From: an uncultured Clostridia bacterium
Lineage (GTDB): Bacteria; Bacillota; Clostridia; TANB77; CAG-508
Direction: 5' to 3'
Assembly (NCBI GenBank): GCA_947594065.1
Contig: CANQDX010000003.1
Span: 499-64,498, forward strand
Length of the DNA stretch: 64,000 nt
Shown here in pieces: positions 1-10,200 of the stretch. Every line of letters begins with the position of its first letter. The first letter of the stretch is position 1. Made by a program: the position numbers and the translations under genes. Below the pieces are notes generated by a model that was not told the origin of the DNA, searched no databases, and saw nothing but the letters and a program-made list of their open reading frames with translations.

Positions 1-344
1 GTGTTGATAGAAAAGACATCGAAAGAGGTCAAGTTTTAGCAAAACCAGGAACAATACATCCACATACAAAATTCAAAGCAGAAGTTTATGTATTAACTAA
101 AGAAGAAGGTGGAAGACATACACCATTCTTCAATGGATATAGACCACAATTCTATTTCAGAACAACAGACGTTACAGGTGTTATTGAATTACCTGCTGGA
201 ACAGAAATGGTAATGCCAGGAGATAACGTTTCAATGACAATCGAATTAATTACACCAATTGCTATTGAAAAAGGATTAAGATTCGCTATTCGTGAAGGTG
301 GTAGAACAGTAGGTTCTGGTATCGTTTCAGAAATAATTGCGTAA
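1..344 (+). CDS. tuf: Elongation factor Tu, C-terminal fragment (5' end upstream of window)
   Basis: Frame 3 reads ...[57 protein letters not shown]...[17 protein letters not shown], the conserved EF-Tu domain 2/3 sequence. TAA at 342-344. Confidence 0.97.
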   Translation, partial: VDRKDIERGQVLAKPGTIHPHTKFKAEVYVLTKEEGGRHTPFFNGYRPQFYFRTTDVTGVIELPAGTEMVMPGDNVSMTIELITPIAIEKGLRFAIREGGRTVGSGIVSEIIA

Positions 345-360
345 TTTAATTAAATACAAA

Positions 361-390
361 AAAAGAATTCCTTTGGGAATTCTTTTTTTT
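361..390 (+). terminator. Rho-independent terminator after tuf
   Basis: Stem AGAATTCC (364-371) / GGAATTCT (376-383) followed by a T-run. Confidence 0.85.
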
Positions 391-412
391 GTAAAAAAGG
401 CTTCAAAACATA

Positions 413-441
413 TTGACAAATAACCAAAAAAGAAATATAAT
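413..441 (+). promoter_or_regulatory. Consensus sigma-A-type promoter upstream of the TA pair
   Basis: TTGACA 413-418, 17-nt spacer, TATAAT 436-441. Confidence 0.65.
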
Positions 442-459
442 GCTACCCAAAGGTATTAA

Positions 460-711
460 ATGAAAAAACAAGAACCTTTAAAGTTAGAAAAGGAGATGAT
501 GTTAATGACAAACGAAGAGAAAATACAATGCTACAGACAAAAAACAATAGAAGAATTAGAAGAAATATTGAATGATCCAAATTCCACAGAATCAGATATT
601 ATTATAGCTACCTTTGAAAAACAAGACAAAGAAGAAGCATTAGGAATAGCTGTGCATTATACTACAGAAGAGGTTTTGGAGCATATATTTGGTAAAACTA
701 AACTGGCTTAA
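460..711 (+). CDS. Putative antitoxin (small acidic protein); real start may be ATG 505 after AGGAG 491-495
   Basis: Small ORF directly upstream of, and overlapping by 23 nt, a RelE/ParE-like toxin ORF. I recognise no family, so the call rests on position and size. Confidence 0.5.
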   Translation: MKKQEPLKLEKEMMLMTNEEKIQCYRQKTIEELEEILNDPNSTESDIIIATFEKQDKEEALGIAVHYTTEEVLEHIFGKTKLA

Positions 712-985
712 TGAAGCAAACAGTGATTTATTTCAAATTTATAGCTATATAAATCAAGATTCAATATATTATTCTATAAAAACAATAAATGAAATTTTAA
801 AATTAATAGATTACTTGAAGGTTTCACCATATATGGGAAGAAAAATACCAGAATTTAATGAAATCAATAAACGAGAGTTAATTTATAAATCGTATAGAAT
901 AATGTATAAAATTGAGTTCAATGAAGTTTTTATTCGTAGAATTTGGCATTCGGCAAGAAATTTGCCACAACAACTTATTTCATAA
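689..985 (+). CDS. RelE/ParE-family type II toxin (TTG start overlapping the antitoxin 3' end)
   Basis: Pattern typical of ParE/RelE toxins: LNEANSDLFQIYSYI...ILKLIDYLKVSPYMGRKIPEF...RELIYKSYRIMYKIEFNEVFIRRIWHSARN. Confidence 0.8.
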   Translation: MVKLNWLNEANSDLFQIYSYINQDSIYYSIKTINEILKLIDYLKVSPYMGRKIPEFNEINKRELIYKSYRIMYKIEFNEVFIRRIWHSARNLPQQLIS

Positions 986-1148
986 AAATTTAAATCAATT
1001 ATAAATTCCAAAAAATCATTTAATACCTTTTAAATAAAAAACAAGTAGTACGAATTGGTCAAAAAGTATTGCTTTTTTTCAGAATAAATAATAAAATAAT
1101 AACATTACGAATAACAATATTAATGAAAACAAAAAAACGGAGGAGATT

Positions 1149-2189
1149 ATGATTATTTTAGTAGATGCAATGGGTGGAGACAATGCACCAGACGCAGTAA
1201 TAAAAGGAGCAGTAAAGGCGGTAAACGAAGTAGATTCTAATATTGTATTAATAGGAAATAAAGAAATCATAAACAGCAAAGTAAAAGAATTTTTTGGAAA
1301 AGAAAAATTGGAAGATATATCACCAAAATTTAGTATATATCATACAGAAGATGTTATTACAATGGAAGATAAGCCAACAGATGCAATAAAACACAAAAAA
1401 GAATCATCAATGGTAGTTGGTTTTAACCTATTAAAAGAAGGAAAAGGAGATGTATTTATCTCAGCAGGAAATTCTGGAGCCCTACTTACAGGAGCAACTT
1501 TATTAATAGGTAGAATAAAAGGAATAGATAGACCAGCAATGGCACCAATGCTACCTGCTTATCATAAAAGACTAATGCTTATTGATGCAGGTGCTAATAC
1601 AAATTGTAAACCTATTAACCTAGTACAATTTGCACAAATGGCTACTATATATTTAAAAAATACATATAATATAGAAAAACCAGCAATAGGATTATTGAAC
1701 ATAGGAACAGAGCCTACAAAGGGAAATGAGCTAATAAAAGAAAGCTATCAGATTTTAACAAATGAATCAGAAAAATTAGGAATCAATTTCGTTGGAAATG
1801 TAGAAGGAAGAGATGCATTCTCAGGTAAAATAGATGCAATAGTATGTGATGGATTTACAGGTAATGTATTTCTAAAAACAGTAGAGGGGCTAGGAAAATT
1901 TGTAAAAAGAACTTTGTCAGAAAGCTTAAAAAAATCTCTTTTGTCTACTATAGCAACCATACCAGCAATGCCTGGAATAAAAAGATTTTCTAAAACATTA
2001 GACTACAAAGAATATGGTGGGGCATTATTTTTAGGAGTTAAAAAACCAGTAATTAAAGCACACGGAAGTAGTGATGAAAAGTTATTTCATTATACAATAA
2101 AGCAAGCTGAAGAATTTGCAAAAAATAAAGCAGTAGAAATGATGATAGAACAATTCTCAAATATAGAAACATTTAAAATTGAAGAATAA
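1149..2189 (+). CDS. plsX: Phosphate acyltransferase PlsX
   Basis: MIILVDAMGGDNAP...DVFISAGNSGALL...IDAGANT...CDGFTGNVFLKT...GVKKPVIKAHGSS. GGAGG RBS upstream. Confidence 0.95.
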   Translation: MIILVDAMGGDNAPDAVIKGAVKAVNEVDSNIVLIGNKEIINSKVKEFFGKEKLEDISPKFSIYHTEDVITMEDKPTDAIKHKKESSMVVGFNLLKEGKGDVFISAGNSGALLTGATLLIGRIKGIDRPAMAPMLPAYHKRLMLIDAGANTNCKPINLVQFAQMATIYLKNTYNIEKPAIGLLNIGTEPTKGNELIKESYQILTNESEKLGINFVGNVEGRDAFSGKIDAIVCDGFTGNVFLKTVEGLGKFVKRTLSESLKKSLLSTIATIPAMPGIKRFSKTLDYKEYGGALFLGVKKPVIKAHGSSDEKLFHYTIKQAEEFAKNKAVEMMIEQFSNIETFKIEE

Positions 2190-2292
2190 ATTATAAAAAT
2201 TTTATAATTATGCTTGACAAATATAGGTCATTATAATATAACAAATATGAAACAATATAGTAAGAAATTTTAAGGAGGTGAACTTAAAGCCA

Positions 2293-2532
2293 ATGAGTTC
2301 AGAAGAAGTATTTGATAAAGTAAAAGAAATTATAGTAGAGCAATTAGGAGTTGCTGAAAATGCTGTAACAAACGAAGCTTCCTTTATAGATGATTTAGGA
2401 GCAGATTCTTTAGATATAGTAGAATTAATTATGGCATTAGAAGAAGAATTTGATATAGAAATTCCAGATAGTGATGCTGAAAAAGTTGTAACAGTTGGAG
2501 ATGTTGTTGATTATATAAAAGATAACGTTTAA
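2293..2532 (+). CDS. acpP: Acyl carrier protein
   Basis: [29 protein letters not shown] (phosphopantetheine Ser motif DSLD). ATG 2293 preferred over the GTG 2278 of the ORF track because of AGGAGG at 2274-2279. Confidence 0.95.
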   Translation: MSSEEVFDKVKEIIVEQLGVAENAVTNEASFIDDLGADSLDIVELIMALEEEFDIEIPDSDAEKVVTVGDVVDYIKDNV

Positions 2533-2540
2533 TTAAATAA

Positions 2541-2571
2541 AAAAATAACCGTTTGAACGGTTATTTTTTTT
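2541..2571. terminator. Bidirectional terminator hairpin between acpP and the convergent membrane-protein gene
   Basis: ATAACCG (2545-2551) / CGGTTAT (2558-2564), flanked by an A-run on the left and a T-run on the right. Confidence 0.75.
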
Positions 2572-2590
2572 ATTTAATAGGAAATTTTTA

Positions 2591-3073
2591 TTATATATGT
2601 TCAAAAATTGTTACTACACTTCCAGTTGCAATAAGAATAATGCATCCAGCAGTTAAAACTCCTAAAACAAGAGGTAACCAAGCTTTTTTTAGTGGTACGT
2701 GTAAGAAATTAGCTATTAAAGACCCTACCCAGGCACCTGTACCAGGAAGAGGAATAGCAACAAACAAATATAAACCTAATGCAGTAAAGTTTTGCAATCT
2801 CTCACTTTCTTCTATATGTTTTGTTGCCTTATTACTTGCCCAGTCTATAATTATTTTAAAAGGTTTAAATCTGCCAAAAAAATCGAAAATAGGTCCAATA
2901 TATTTTACAATAAAATATATTGGTATAATATTAGCAATAAAGCCAGTAACAAAGGCTTCAAAATAACTTAATCCTAATCCAACACCTACAGGGATTGCTC
3001 CTCTAATTTCAATAATTGGGCACATTCCAAGAAAGAATGTAATTAAATATTTTACAATTATATTTTCAAACAT
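2591..3073 (-). CDS. Small multidrug-export-family (COG2426-like) membrane protein
   Basis: 160 aa, about 4 TM segments, MCPIIEIRGAIPVG...AIPLPGTGAWVGSLIA motif typical of that family. Confidence 0.65.
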   Translation of the reverse strand: MFENIIVKYLITFFLGMCPIIEIRGAIPVGVGLGLSYFEAFVTGFIANIIPIYFIVKYIGPIFDFFGRFKPFKIIIDWASNKATKHIEESERLQNFTALGLYLFVAIPLPGTGAWVGSLIANFLHVPLKKAWLPLVLGVLTAGCIILIATGSVVTIFEHI

Positions 3074-3074
3074 A

Positions 3075-3707
3075 TTATTCTACCTTTCCAATTTTACGAA
3101 GAGAATCTATAGAAATAGAACCTTCTCGCAATATTTTTATTTTATTATCTTCTACTTTAACAATTGTAGAAGGAATGCCGTTTTTTATTTCTCCATTGTC
3201 AATTATAAAATCAACTTTAGAATTAAAATCATTTAAAATTGTATTTACCATAGTTGCTGGCGGATTATCAGAAATATTAGCACTTGACATTGCAAGTGGT
3301 GAATTAAATTGTTCTATAATATCTAAACACAAGTTATTATTTGGCATTCTAATTCCAATTGTATCAAGATTTGATGTTAATATATTTGGCACAATGGAGG
3401 ACTTATTAAAAATAATTGTGAGGGCACCTGGCCAAAATTCCTTCATTAATGCTTCCTCTATTGAATTAATATTAGTTACAAATCTTTTAACCATTTCCAT
3501 ATTAGAAACCAAAACATTAATTGGTTTGCTTAGGTTTCTTTGCTTGATGTCATATAAGCTATGTATTGCATTTTCATTTAAGGCATCACAACCAATACCA
3601 TATACGGTATCAGTAGGGAAAATACCAACTGCACCGTTTTTTAATTTATGTATAATATCTTTTATCAAAAGAGTATCGCACTTTGTATTATAAATTACTG
3701 TCTGCAA
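3075..3707 (-). CDS. tsaC: L-threonylcarbamoyladenylate synthase (YrdC/Sua5-type domain)
   Basis: GAVGIFPTDTVYGIGCDALNE...SKPINVLV...WPGALTII...IGIRMP...PLAMSSAN. Confidence 0.85.
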   Translation of the reverse strand: MQTVIYNTKCDTLLIKDIIHKLKNGAVGIFPTDTVYGIGCDALNENAIHSLYDIKQRNLSKPINVLVSNMEMVKRFVTNINSIEEALMKEFWPGALTIIFNKSSIVPNILTSNLDTIGIRMPNNNLCLDIIEQFNSPLAMSSANISDNPPATMVNTILNDFNSKVDFIIDNGEIKNGIPSTIVKVEDNKIKILREGSISIDSLRKIGKVE

Positions 3708-3734
3708 ATCTAATTTCTTCTCCCTTCATTAACA

Positions 3735-5963
3735 CTAATAAGAAAGTGTTACATTAATTATTGTTCCTTCTTCAACAGAAGTGCCTTCCTTTATACTTTG
3801 ACTTGCAACAACTCCTGTTCCAGTATATGAAATGTTCAAATTCTTTTCCTTTAATTCTGCTTTAGCTTCAGTTAAAGTCTTTTTAGTTAAGTTAGGAACA
3901 GTAACAGAAGTTCTAGTATTATTTTCTTCACTATATAATAAAACAACAGAATCTTTTAATAAAATAGTTCTAGCAGATGGAACTTGTGTTGTTACAAGAG
4001 TAGAATTTTTATCACTAGTAGATGGAATAATAACATTTAATCCTGCATTTTTAAGTATCTTTTCAGCCTCTGTAATAGTTTTATTTACTACATTTGGTAC
4101 GGTAATTGAATTATCATTTGAATTAATATTAGCATCATCAGATGTAACTCCTAAATAAGATAAAACTTCAGACAATATGTTAGAGATAATTGGACCAGCA
4201 ACTGTACTACCGTGAGAATCTGTAGTAGGTGTATCATATAAAACAACCAAAGCAACTAATTTAGGATTTTCAGAAGGTGCAACAGCAATATATGAAAGTG
4301 TATTTCCTTTTTTAGATCCTTTAATAGCCTCAGAAGTACCTGTTTTTCCAGCTATTGTATAACCTTTTACTCTTCCCTTTTTACCAGTACCATTTGTTAC
4401 AACATACTCCATCATATCAATTACGCTATCTGCTGTTTCTTTTGAAACAACCTGTCTAACAGGCGTTGTTTGTGTACTAGTAACAGCACCAGAATCTTTA
4501 TTTACTATTTTGCTAACAATTTGAGGTTTTACTAAAACACCACCATTAGCTAGAGAAGAAACAGCTGTAATTAATTGCAATGGGGTTATTGTAAATCTCT
4601 GACCAAATGACATAGTTGCTATGTTTACAGGCAAAACATCTTCTTTATTCCACCATTCACCTACTGCTTCAGCAGGTAAATCAATGCCTGTTTTACTCTT
4701 TAATCCAAATGCTTCAAAATATTTATAGTATGTATCTACACCAATACGTTTTCCAAGTTGCATAAAAGCAGGGTTACAAGAATTTGCCAAAGCCTGTGTT
4801 AAAGTTTCATATCCGTGAGAACTAGAAGACCAACATCTTATCTTGGTACCATTAATTTCCTCATAACCTTTACAATAAAAATCTTTTGGAATATTTGTTT
4901 CTGTTATATTTTCCTCTAAAGCAATAGCAGAAACAAGAGTTTTAAAAGTAGAGCCGGGTTCATAAGGATCAGACACATTTTTATTTCTCCACATTTTATT
5001 TAAAAAATCGCTCTTTTCTTTAGTGCTTAACGTTTCCCAATTATTTTTAGCATCTTCTGTATTAGGCTCAAAAGGTGTATTTAAATTATAATTTGGGTAA
5101 GAAGCCATTGCTAAAATATTCCCTGTAGATGGTTCCATAATTATAGAACTTGCAGAGGCACACTGTTTATTTTCAACGGATTTCTTTATATATTTCTCAA
5201 CAACAGATTGAATATTAATATCTAGTGTTAAATAAACATCACTACCATTTTCAACTTCAACATAAGTAGAATAGTTATCTGAAATTTCACTATTGTTTAA
5301 ATCAATCGTTGTAACTATTTTACCAGAACGACCTGTTAGAATATTCTCATAAGATAATTCTATTCCAGATAATCCTTGATTATCTGTTCCACAAAAACCA
5401 ATTACCTGTGATGCTATTTCATTGTATGGATAAAACCTTTTATTATCTGCATCAATATTAATGCCTTTTTTTATTTTATTTTCAGACATCCATATTTCTA
5501 ATTTTTTTACTTTATCATTTTCTACTTTTTTTGCAATTGTTTCAAATGAAGATGTACTGCATACTTTTTTTAGAGTTTCTTCATAATCTAATTCAAATAT
5601 ATCAGACAAACCTTTTGCAACAATTTCTTTAATATTGGGATTATTACTATCAGGAACAATTTGAGAAGGATTAATAGAAATTGTATCTACTTCTTCGCTT
5701 TGTGCTAGTGTCTTACCATTTAAATCTAGTATATTACCTCTTTCAGGGCTAATAATTTTGCTTGCTGTTTGTTGCCTATAGGCTTTTTCCTTTAGCCAAG
5801 AGCCATCTATAAATTGAATCCAGAATAATCTGATAATTAATAAAGCTAAAATTGTAAATGAACATATTAATATAATACGCAATCTAGTAATAGGTAATGG
5901 TTTATCTATTTTTACTTGAGTAGAATGTTTTTTATTAGCGTTTTTTTTCAAACTACTTTTCAT
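3735..5963 (-). CDS. Class B penicillin-binding protein with two C-terminal PASTA domains (SpoVD/PBP2B/FtsI-like)
   Basis: N-terminal TM segment. Transpeptidase motifs STFK (EPGSTFKT), SCN and KTGT. Two PASTA-like modules (VPNVVNKTITEAEKILKNAGLNV; VPNLTKKTLTEAKAELKEKNLNI). Confidence 0.9.
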   Translation of the reverse strand: MKSSLKKNANKKHSTQVKIDKPLPITRLRIILICSFTILALLIIRLFWIQFIDGSWLKEKAYRQQTASKIISPERGNILDLNGKTLAQSEEVDTISINPSQIVPDSNNPNIKEIVAKGLSDIFELDYEETLKKVCSTSSFETIAKKVENDKVKKLEIWMSENKIKKGINIDADNKRFYPYNEIASQVIGFCGTDNQGLSGIELSYENILTGRSGKIVTTIDLNNSEISDNYSTYVEVENGSDVYLTLDINIQSVVEKYIKKSVENKQCASASSIIMEPSTGNILAMASYPNYNLNTPFEPNTEDAKNNWETLSTKEKSDFLNKMWRNKNVSDPYEPGSTFKTLVSAIALEENITETNIPKDFYCKGYEEINGTKIRCWSSSSHGYETLTQALANSCNPAFMQLGKRIGVDTYYKYFEAFGLKSKTGIDLPAEAVGEWWNKEDVLPVNIATMSFGQRFTITPLQLITAVSSLANGGVLVKPQIVSKIVNKDSGAVTSTQTTPVRQVVSKETADSVIDMMEYVVTNGTGKKGRVKGYTIAGKTGTSEAIKGSKKGNTLSYIAVAPSENPKLVALVVLYDTPTTDSHGSTVAGPIISNILSEVLSYLGVTSDDANINSNDNSITVPNVVNKTITEAEKILKNAGLNVIIPSTSDKNSTLVTTQVPSARTILLKDSVVLLYSEENNTRTSVTVPNLTKKTLTEAKAELKEKNLNISYTGTGVVASQSIKEGTSVEEGTIINVTLSY

Positions 5964-6039
5964 AGGTTCAAATAAACCTCCCGTAAGGAAAATTTTTATA
6001 CAATTATTTTATATTAAAATAATAGAAAATGCAATAATT

Positions 6040-6068
6040 TTGATAATAATATGAAAATATGTTATACT
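6040..6068 (+). promoter_or_regulatory. Candidate rsmA promoter (extended -10)
   Basis: TTGATA 6040-6045, 17-nt spacer ending TGt, TATACT 6063-6068. Confidence 0.4.
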
Positions 6069-6116
6069 TGAAAAAGACAAATTACAATTTACAAATATGA
6101 ATATGAGGGATAAAGA

Positions 6117-6974
6117 ATGAATAATTTATTAGAAGAAACAAAGTTTATTTTAAAAAAATATGGAATTTCAGCCAATAAAAGCTTAGGACAAAATTTCTTA
6201 ATTAATGAAGAAGTAATTAAGAAAATGATAGAAGGAGCTGAAGTTTCTAAAAACGACCTAATTATTGAAATTGGACCTGGCTTGGGCACATTAACTAAAG
6301 AACTTCTAGAAAAAGCAGGAAAAGTAATTGCAATTGAACTAGATAAAAGAATGATAGAAATATTATCAGATAGATTTGCTTTATACACAAATTTTGAACT
6401 TATTAACCAAGATGTTTTAAAAGTAAATCTAAAAGAATTAATTTCTAATAATAAAATTCAAAATGGAACAGTAAAAATTGTTGCAAATTTGCCATATTAT
6501 ATAACAACACCAATTATAATGAAATTATTAGAAGAAAAGTTAGAGGTTGAATCTATTACAGTAATGGTGCAAAAAGAAGTTGCAGATAGACTAATAGAAA
6601 AACCAGGTGGCAAAAATTCTGGAGCAATTACCTATTCTGTTTACTATTATGCAACATCAGCTAATATTATAGAAGTAATGCCAGAATCCTTTATACCAGA
6701 GCCTTCTGTAGAATCTGAAGTAATCAAACTAACAATTAGAAAACAAGTACCTGTACAGATACAAAACGAAGAACTTTTATTTAAAATAATAAAATATGCA
6801 TTTATGCAACGAAGAAAAACATTGGTAAATGCATTAGAAAAAAGTGGAATATTTAATTCCAAAGAAGAAATTATAAAGATTTTAAAAAAATTAAACCTAA
6901 ATGATAGGGTAAGAGGAGAAGCGTTGTCCCTAGAAGATTATGCTAATATTACAAATCTCGTAACAAAAATGTAA
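6117..6974 (+). CDS. rsmA: 16S rRNA dimethyladenosine transferase
   Basis: LGQNFLINEEVIKKMIE...IIEIGPGLGTLT...VANLPYYITTPII... (KsgA/RsmA signature). Confidence 0.95.
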   Translation: MNNLLEETKFILKKYGISANKSLGQNFLINEEVIKKMIEGAEVSKNDLIIEIGPGLGTLTKELLEKAGKVIAIELDKRMIEILSDRFALYTNFELINQDVLKVNLKELISNNKIQNGTVKIVANLPYYITTPIIMKLLEEKLEVESITVMVQKEVADRLIEKPGGKNSGAITYSVYYYATSANIIEVMPESFIPEPSVESEVIKLTIRKQVPVQIQNEELLFKIIKYAFMQRRKTLVNALEKSGIFNSKEEIIKILKKLNLNDRVRGEALSLEDYANITNLVTKM

Positions 6975-7021
6975 AGAAAAAATAATATTATTTTAAAGCA
7001 AAATGTCGAAATAGTATATCC

Positions 7022-7073
7022 GTAAACGAAAAACAGACCTTTTTTAGAAAAAAGTCTGTTTTTTGGCGTTTAC
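7022..7073 (+). terminator. rsmA terminator (nested hairpin)
   Basis: Inner stem AAAACAGAC..GTCTGTTTT plus T6/A6 followed by a T-run. Outer stem GTAAACG (7022-7028) / CGTTTAC (7067-7073). Confidence 0.75.
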
Positions 7074-7207
7074 AGGAATAAATTGGATTAGCATTTTGAA
7101 AAAATATATTATATAATAAATATAATAGTGTACATAAAATACACTAATAAAAATTTAGCATAATTAAAAATATGGTTACACCATACTTTTAAAGGAGGAA
7201 ATTTCAA

Positions 7208-10200
7208 ATGAATCTTAGGAAATTTATTTTAAAATCTGTAGCAACAACTATGGCCATATCACTGGTCTATGGGAATGTTTCTATTTGTGGAATAGGAATA
7301 AGTAAAGCAATAGCTGAAGATAATATTCCACCAGAAATAGGAATAGAACTAAAAAATGAAGAGTATGTTCCATTCCATAAAGAAAAAGAAGAAGTAACAA
7401 ATAAAGGAATAGCAATTCATAGTAGTTTGGAAATACAACCAAAACAAGAAGAAGATAATTACCTACCAACCGAAAAAGTTGAGCTTGGAGTAAACTTACC
7501 TCAAATAAATGGAAGTTATCCAGAAGTTGCAAATGTAGTGCAAGCATCTACAAAATCTACTACTGGAGAAGAATTAAATACAAATATTACTCAGAATTAT
7601 AATAAAGATTCTGGTTTATTAAGTGTTTCCTATTTAAACTCTTCTAAAGAAGGAAACAAAAATGAAAAAGATAGATTTGAAATAATATATAAGTATTCTG
7701 TTCAAGATAATAATGAAGTTAATTTAACATATAAAGTAAATGCAAAAGTAACTTTCAAAGCAGAAAATGAAAACATTACATCAGAAAACAGTAAAGAAAT
7801 TTCCATAACAGAAAAAGAAAGTAAAGGAAACCTAACAGCATTTAACACACAAGCAAAAGAAGAAATTTATAAAGGATATTTATATTCAAATGTAGAAAAT
7901 CATACAAATTATGAAACAACTTTTAATACAGTATCTACTTATACAGTGTTAAATAGCCAATTAGCAGATACAACAACTTTAGAATTAGAAGAAAATAAAT
8001 TCTTATTAAATAAAGAAGAAAAAGATGCTAATGAAAATATCATATATAAACAAACAAAAATAAGCAAATATGAATTCGATAGAATGTTAGGACAAGAAGG
8101 AAAAATAGAAGTATATAAAGGAGAAGAAGTATTTGCAACTGTACAATATATTGATATAGATAATACAAAAAAATTAGCAGTTATTTACTTAAATGGAGAA
8201 ACAGAAGCATTACAAGATAACGAAGCTTATGCAGTTATAAAATACTCAGAAGATTTTACAAACTTAAATATAAAAATAACAAAACCAAATTCAGAAGGTT
8301 TCTTACATTTCGAAAATGAAAGCGCAATAAAAGCATCAGACAATTATGGAAATAATGTAGAAAAAATAAATGCAATTAGAATAACTAGCAAAATAAATAA
8401 TCAAACATCTAATACAGATATTACATTATCAGAACCAGAAACAAAAATAGCAATTACATCCAGCAATGTAAATCTTTCAACATTACAAGTTAATAAAACA
8501 ACATTAACTGTAAAATTAGACGATACAAATGCAAGTACAAAATTATTTAATAATCCTATCGTTACTATAAAATTACCAGAAGGTTTAACAAGCGGACACT
8601 TATCTAGCCCAAGACTTGTAAATGACAATGGATTAAAAATAAAGAAATCATCAACAAATAATAATGTCATTACAATAGAATTAGAAGGAAAACAATCTGC
8701 TTACGATTTAGAGAATGTAAGTGGTGGCGTAAGCATTGTAATGGATATTGATAACTTAAATTATAGCGATAAATTAGCATCTCATACAGACAAAATAGAA
8801 GTAACCTGTAAACAAGAAAAAGCAGAAACAAAGCAAAGTTTTCCTGTAAATATTGTATCTAAAGCAGGATTATTAATGTTATCTAAATTAAGTAATTTTG
8901 ATAATAGTGGAAATGTAAGCTCTACAGTTGATGACTTAAAAGTAATCAACTTAGAAAACGATGCAGAAACAAAAGAAGCAGTTCATACACTTACTTTAGT
9001 AAACAATTATGATGAAAATTTAACAAATGTAAAAATTATAGGAAGAATAGGCTATAGTAATGATGAATTAAAATCAACATTTGATACAAACTTAAGTAAA
9101 CCATTAGAAGTAGAAAATGCAAAAGTTTATTATTCTACTAATAAAGATGCAAAATTTGAAGATGAAGGATGGACAGAAGAATTTACAAATAATGCAAAAG
9201 CTTTTAAGGTAGAATTAAAAGATAATACAATGGCAAAAGCAGCAGGAATGGAAATAAAAGAAGCTGTACAAATTCCAGAAAAATTAGGTAACAATCAATC
9301 ATCTTACCTAAATTTAAGTATGACTTATCAATATCAAGAAAAAACTGTAGCAGATGAAGTTACAATAGGAATGCAAACACCACAAGATGGTTTAGCAAAT
9401 AATAGTAGTAAAGCAGAAAAAACAATAGTAACGCCAAAAGGTGAAAATTTACCAGTAAGCTTAGAAATAACACCATACATTAAACAAGACTATGTACATT
9501 CTGGACAAATTGTTATTTACAAATTACAAGTAAGAAATAACTCAGAACAAGATTTAGCTAACTTAGTATTAAAAGACATCATTCCAGAAAATGCAGTTTA
9601 TACATACAGAGGATTTGACGAAGAGGAAGAATTAAAAGCAATACAGGATGAAACTAAAGAAAAAGAATGGAAAATAGAAAGCCTAAAAGCAGGAGAAGTA
9701 CAAGAATTTGAAATAGCTCTTTTAATGAAAGAAACTAGCCAAGATTCAACTATTGAAAATAAAATACAATTAAAATATGAAGAACAAACCGTAGAACAAT
9801 CAAGTACTTTAACATTAAAACCTGCTAAAGCAACAGTAGTATTAAGCACTATTAGAGACGAGTCAAATACAGAAGAAGTAGGTTCATATGGTGCTAACGA
9901 AACAATTCAATACAGAGTAAGGGTAAAAAATACTACAGAAGATAACCTAAAAAATGTTAAAGTAACTTATGAAATTCCACAAGAAATAACATATATAACT
10001 GGAGGACTTGCTGAACTAGGAGAATTTGAAAGCAAGATAATTAAAGAAGGCACTATAAATAATAATATTTTTGAATATACAATTGATAATTTAAAATCAA
10101 ATGAAGAAAAAATATTATTTATAGAATGTGAAGTAAAACGTATGGCAAACAAATATAATGTACGAATAAGTGGTATTGCTAATATAGAAGTAGATGGAGA

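Noticed and set aside
2553-3693. Plus-strand ORFs 2553-2966 (137 aa) and 3175-3693 (172 aa).
   Set aside because: They are antisense to well-supported minus-strand genes (the export-family protein and tsaC) and show no recognisable motifs.
7208-7330. Possible lipobox (VSIC) in the A1/A2 signal peptides.
   Set aside because: The -1 position is Ile rather than Gly/Ala/Ser. A better signal-peptidase-I site (AIA/ED) follows.
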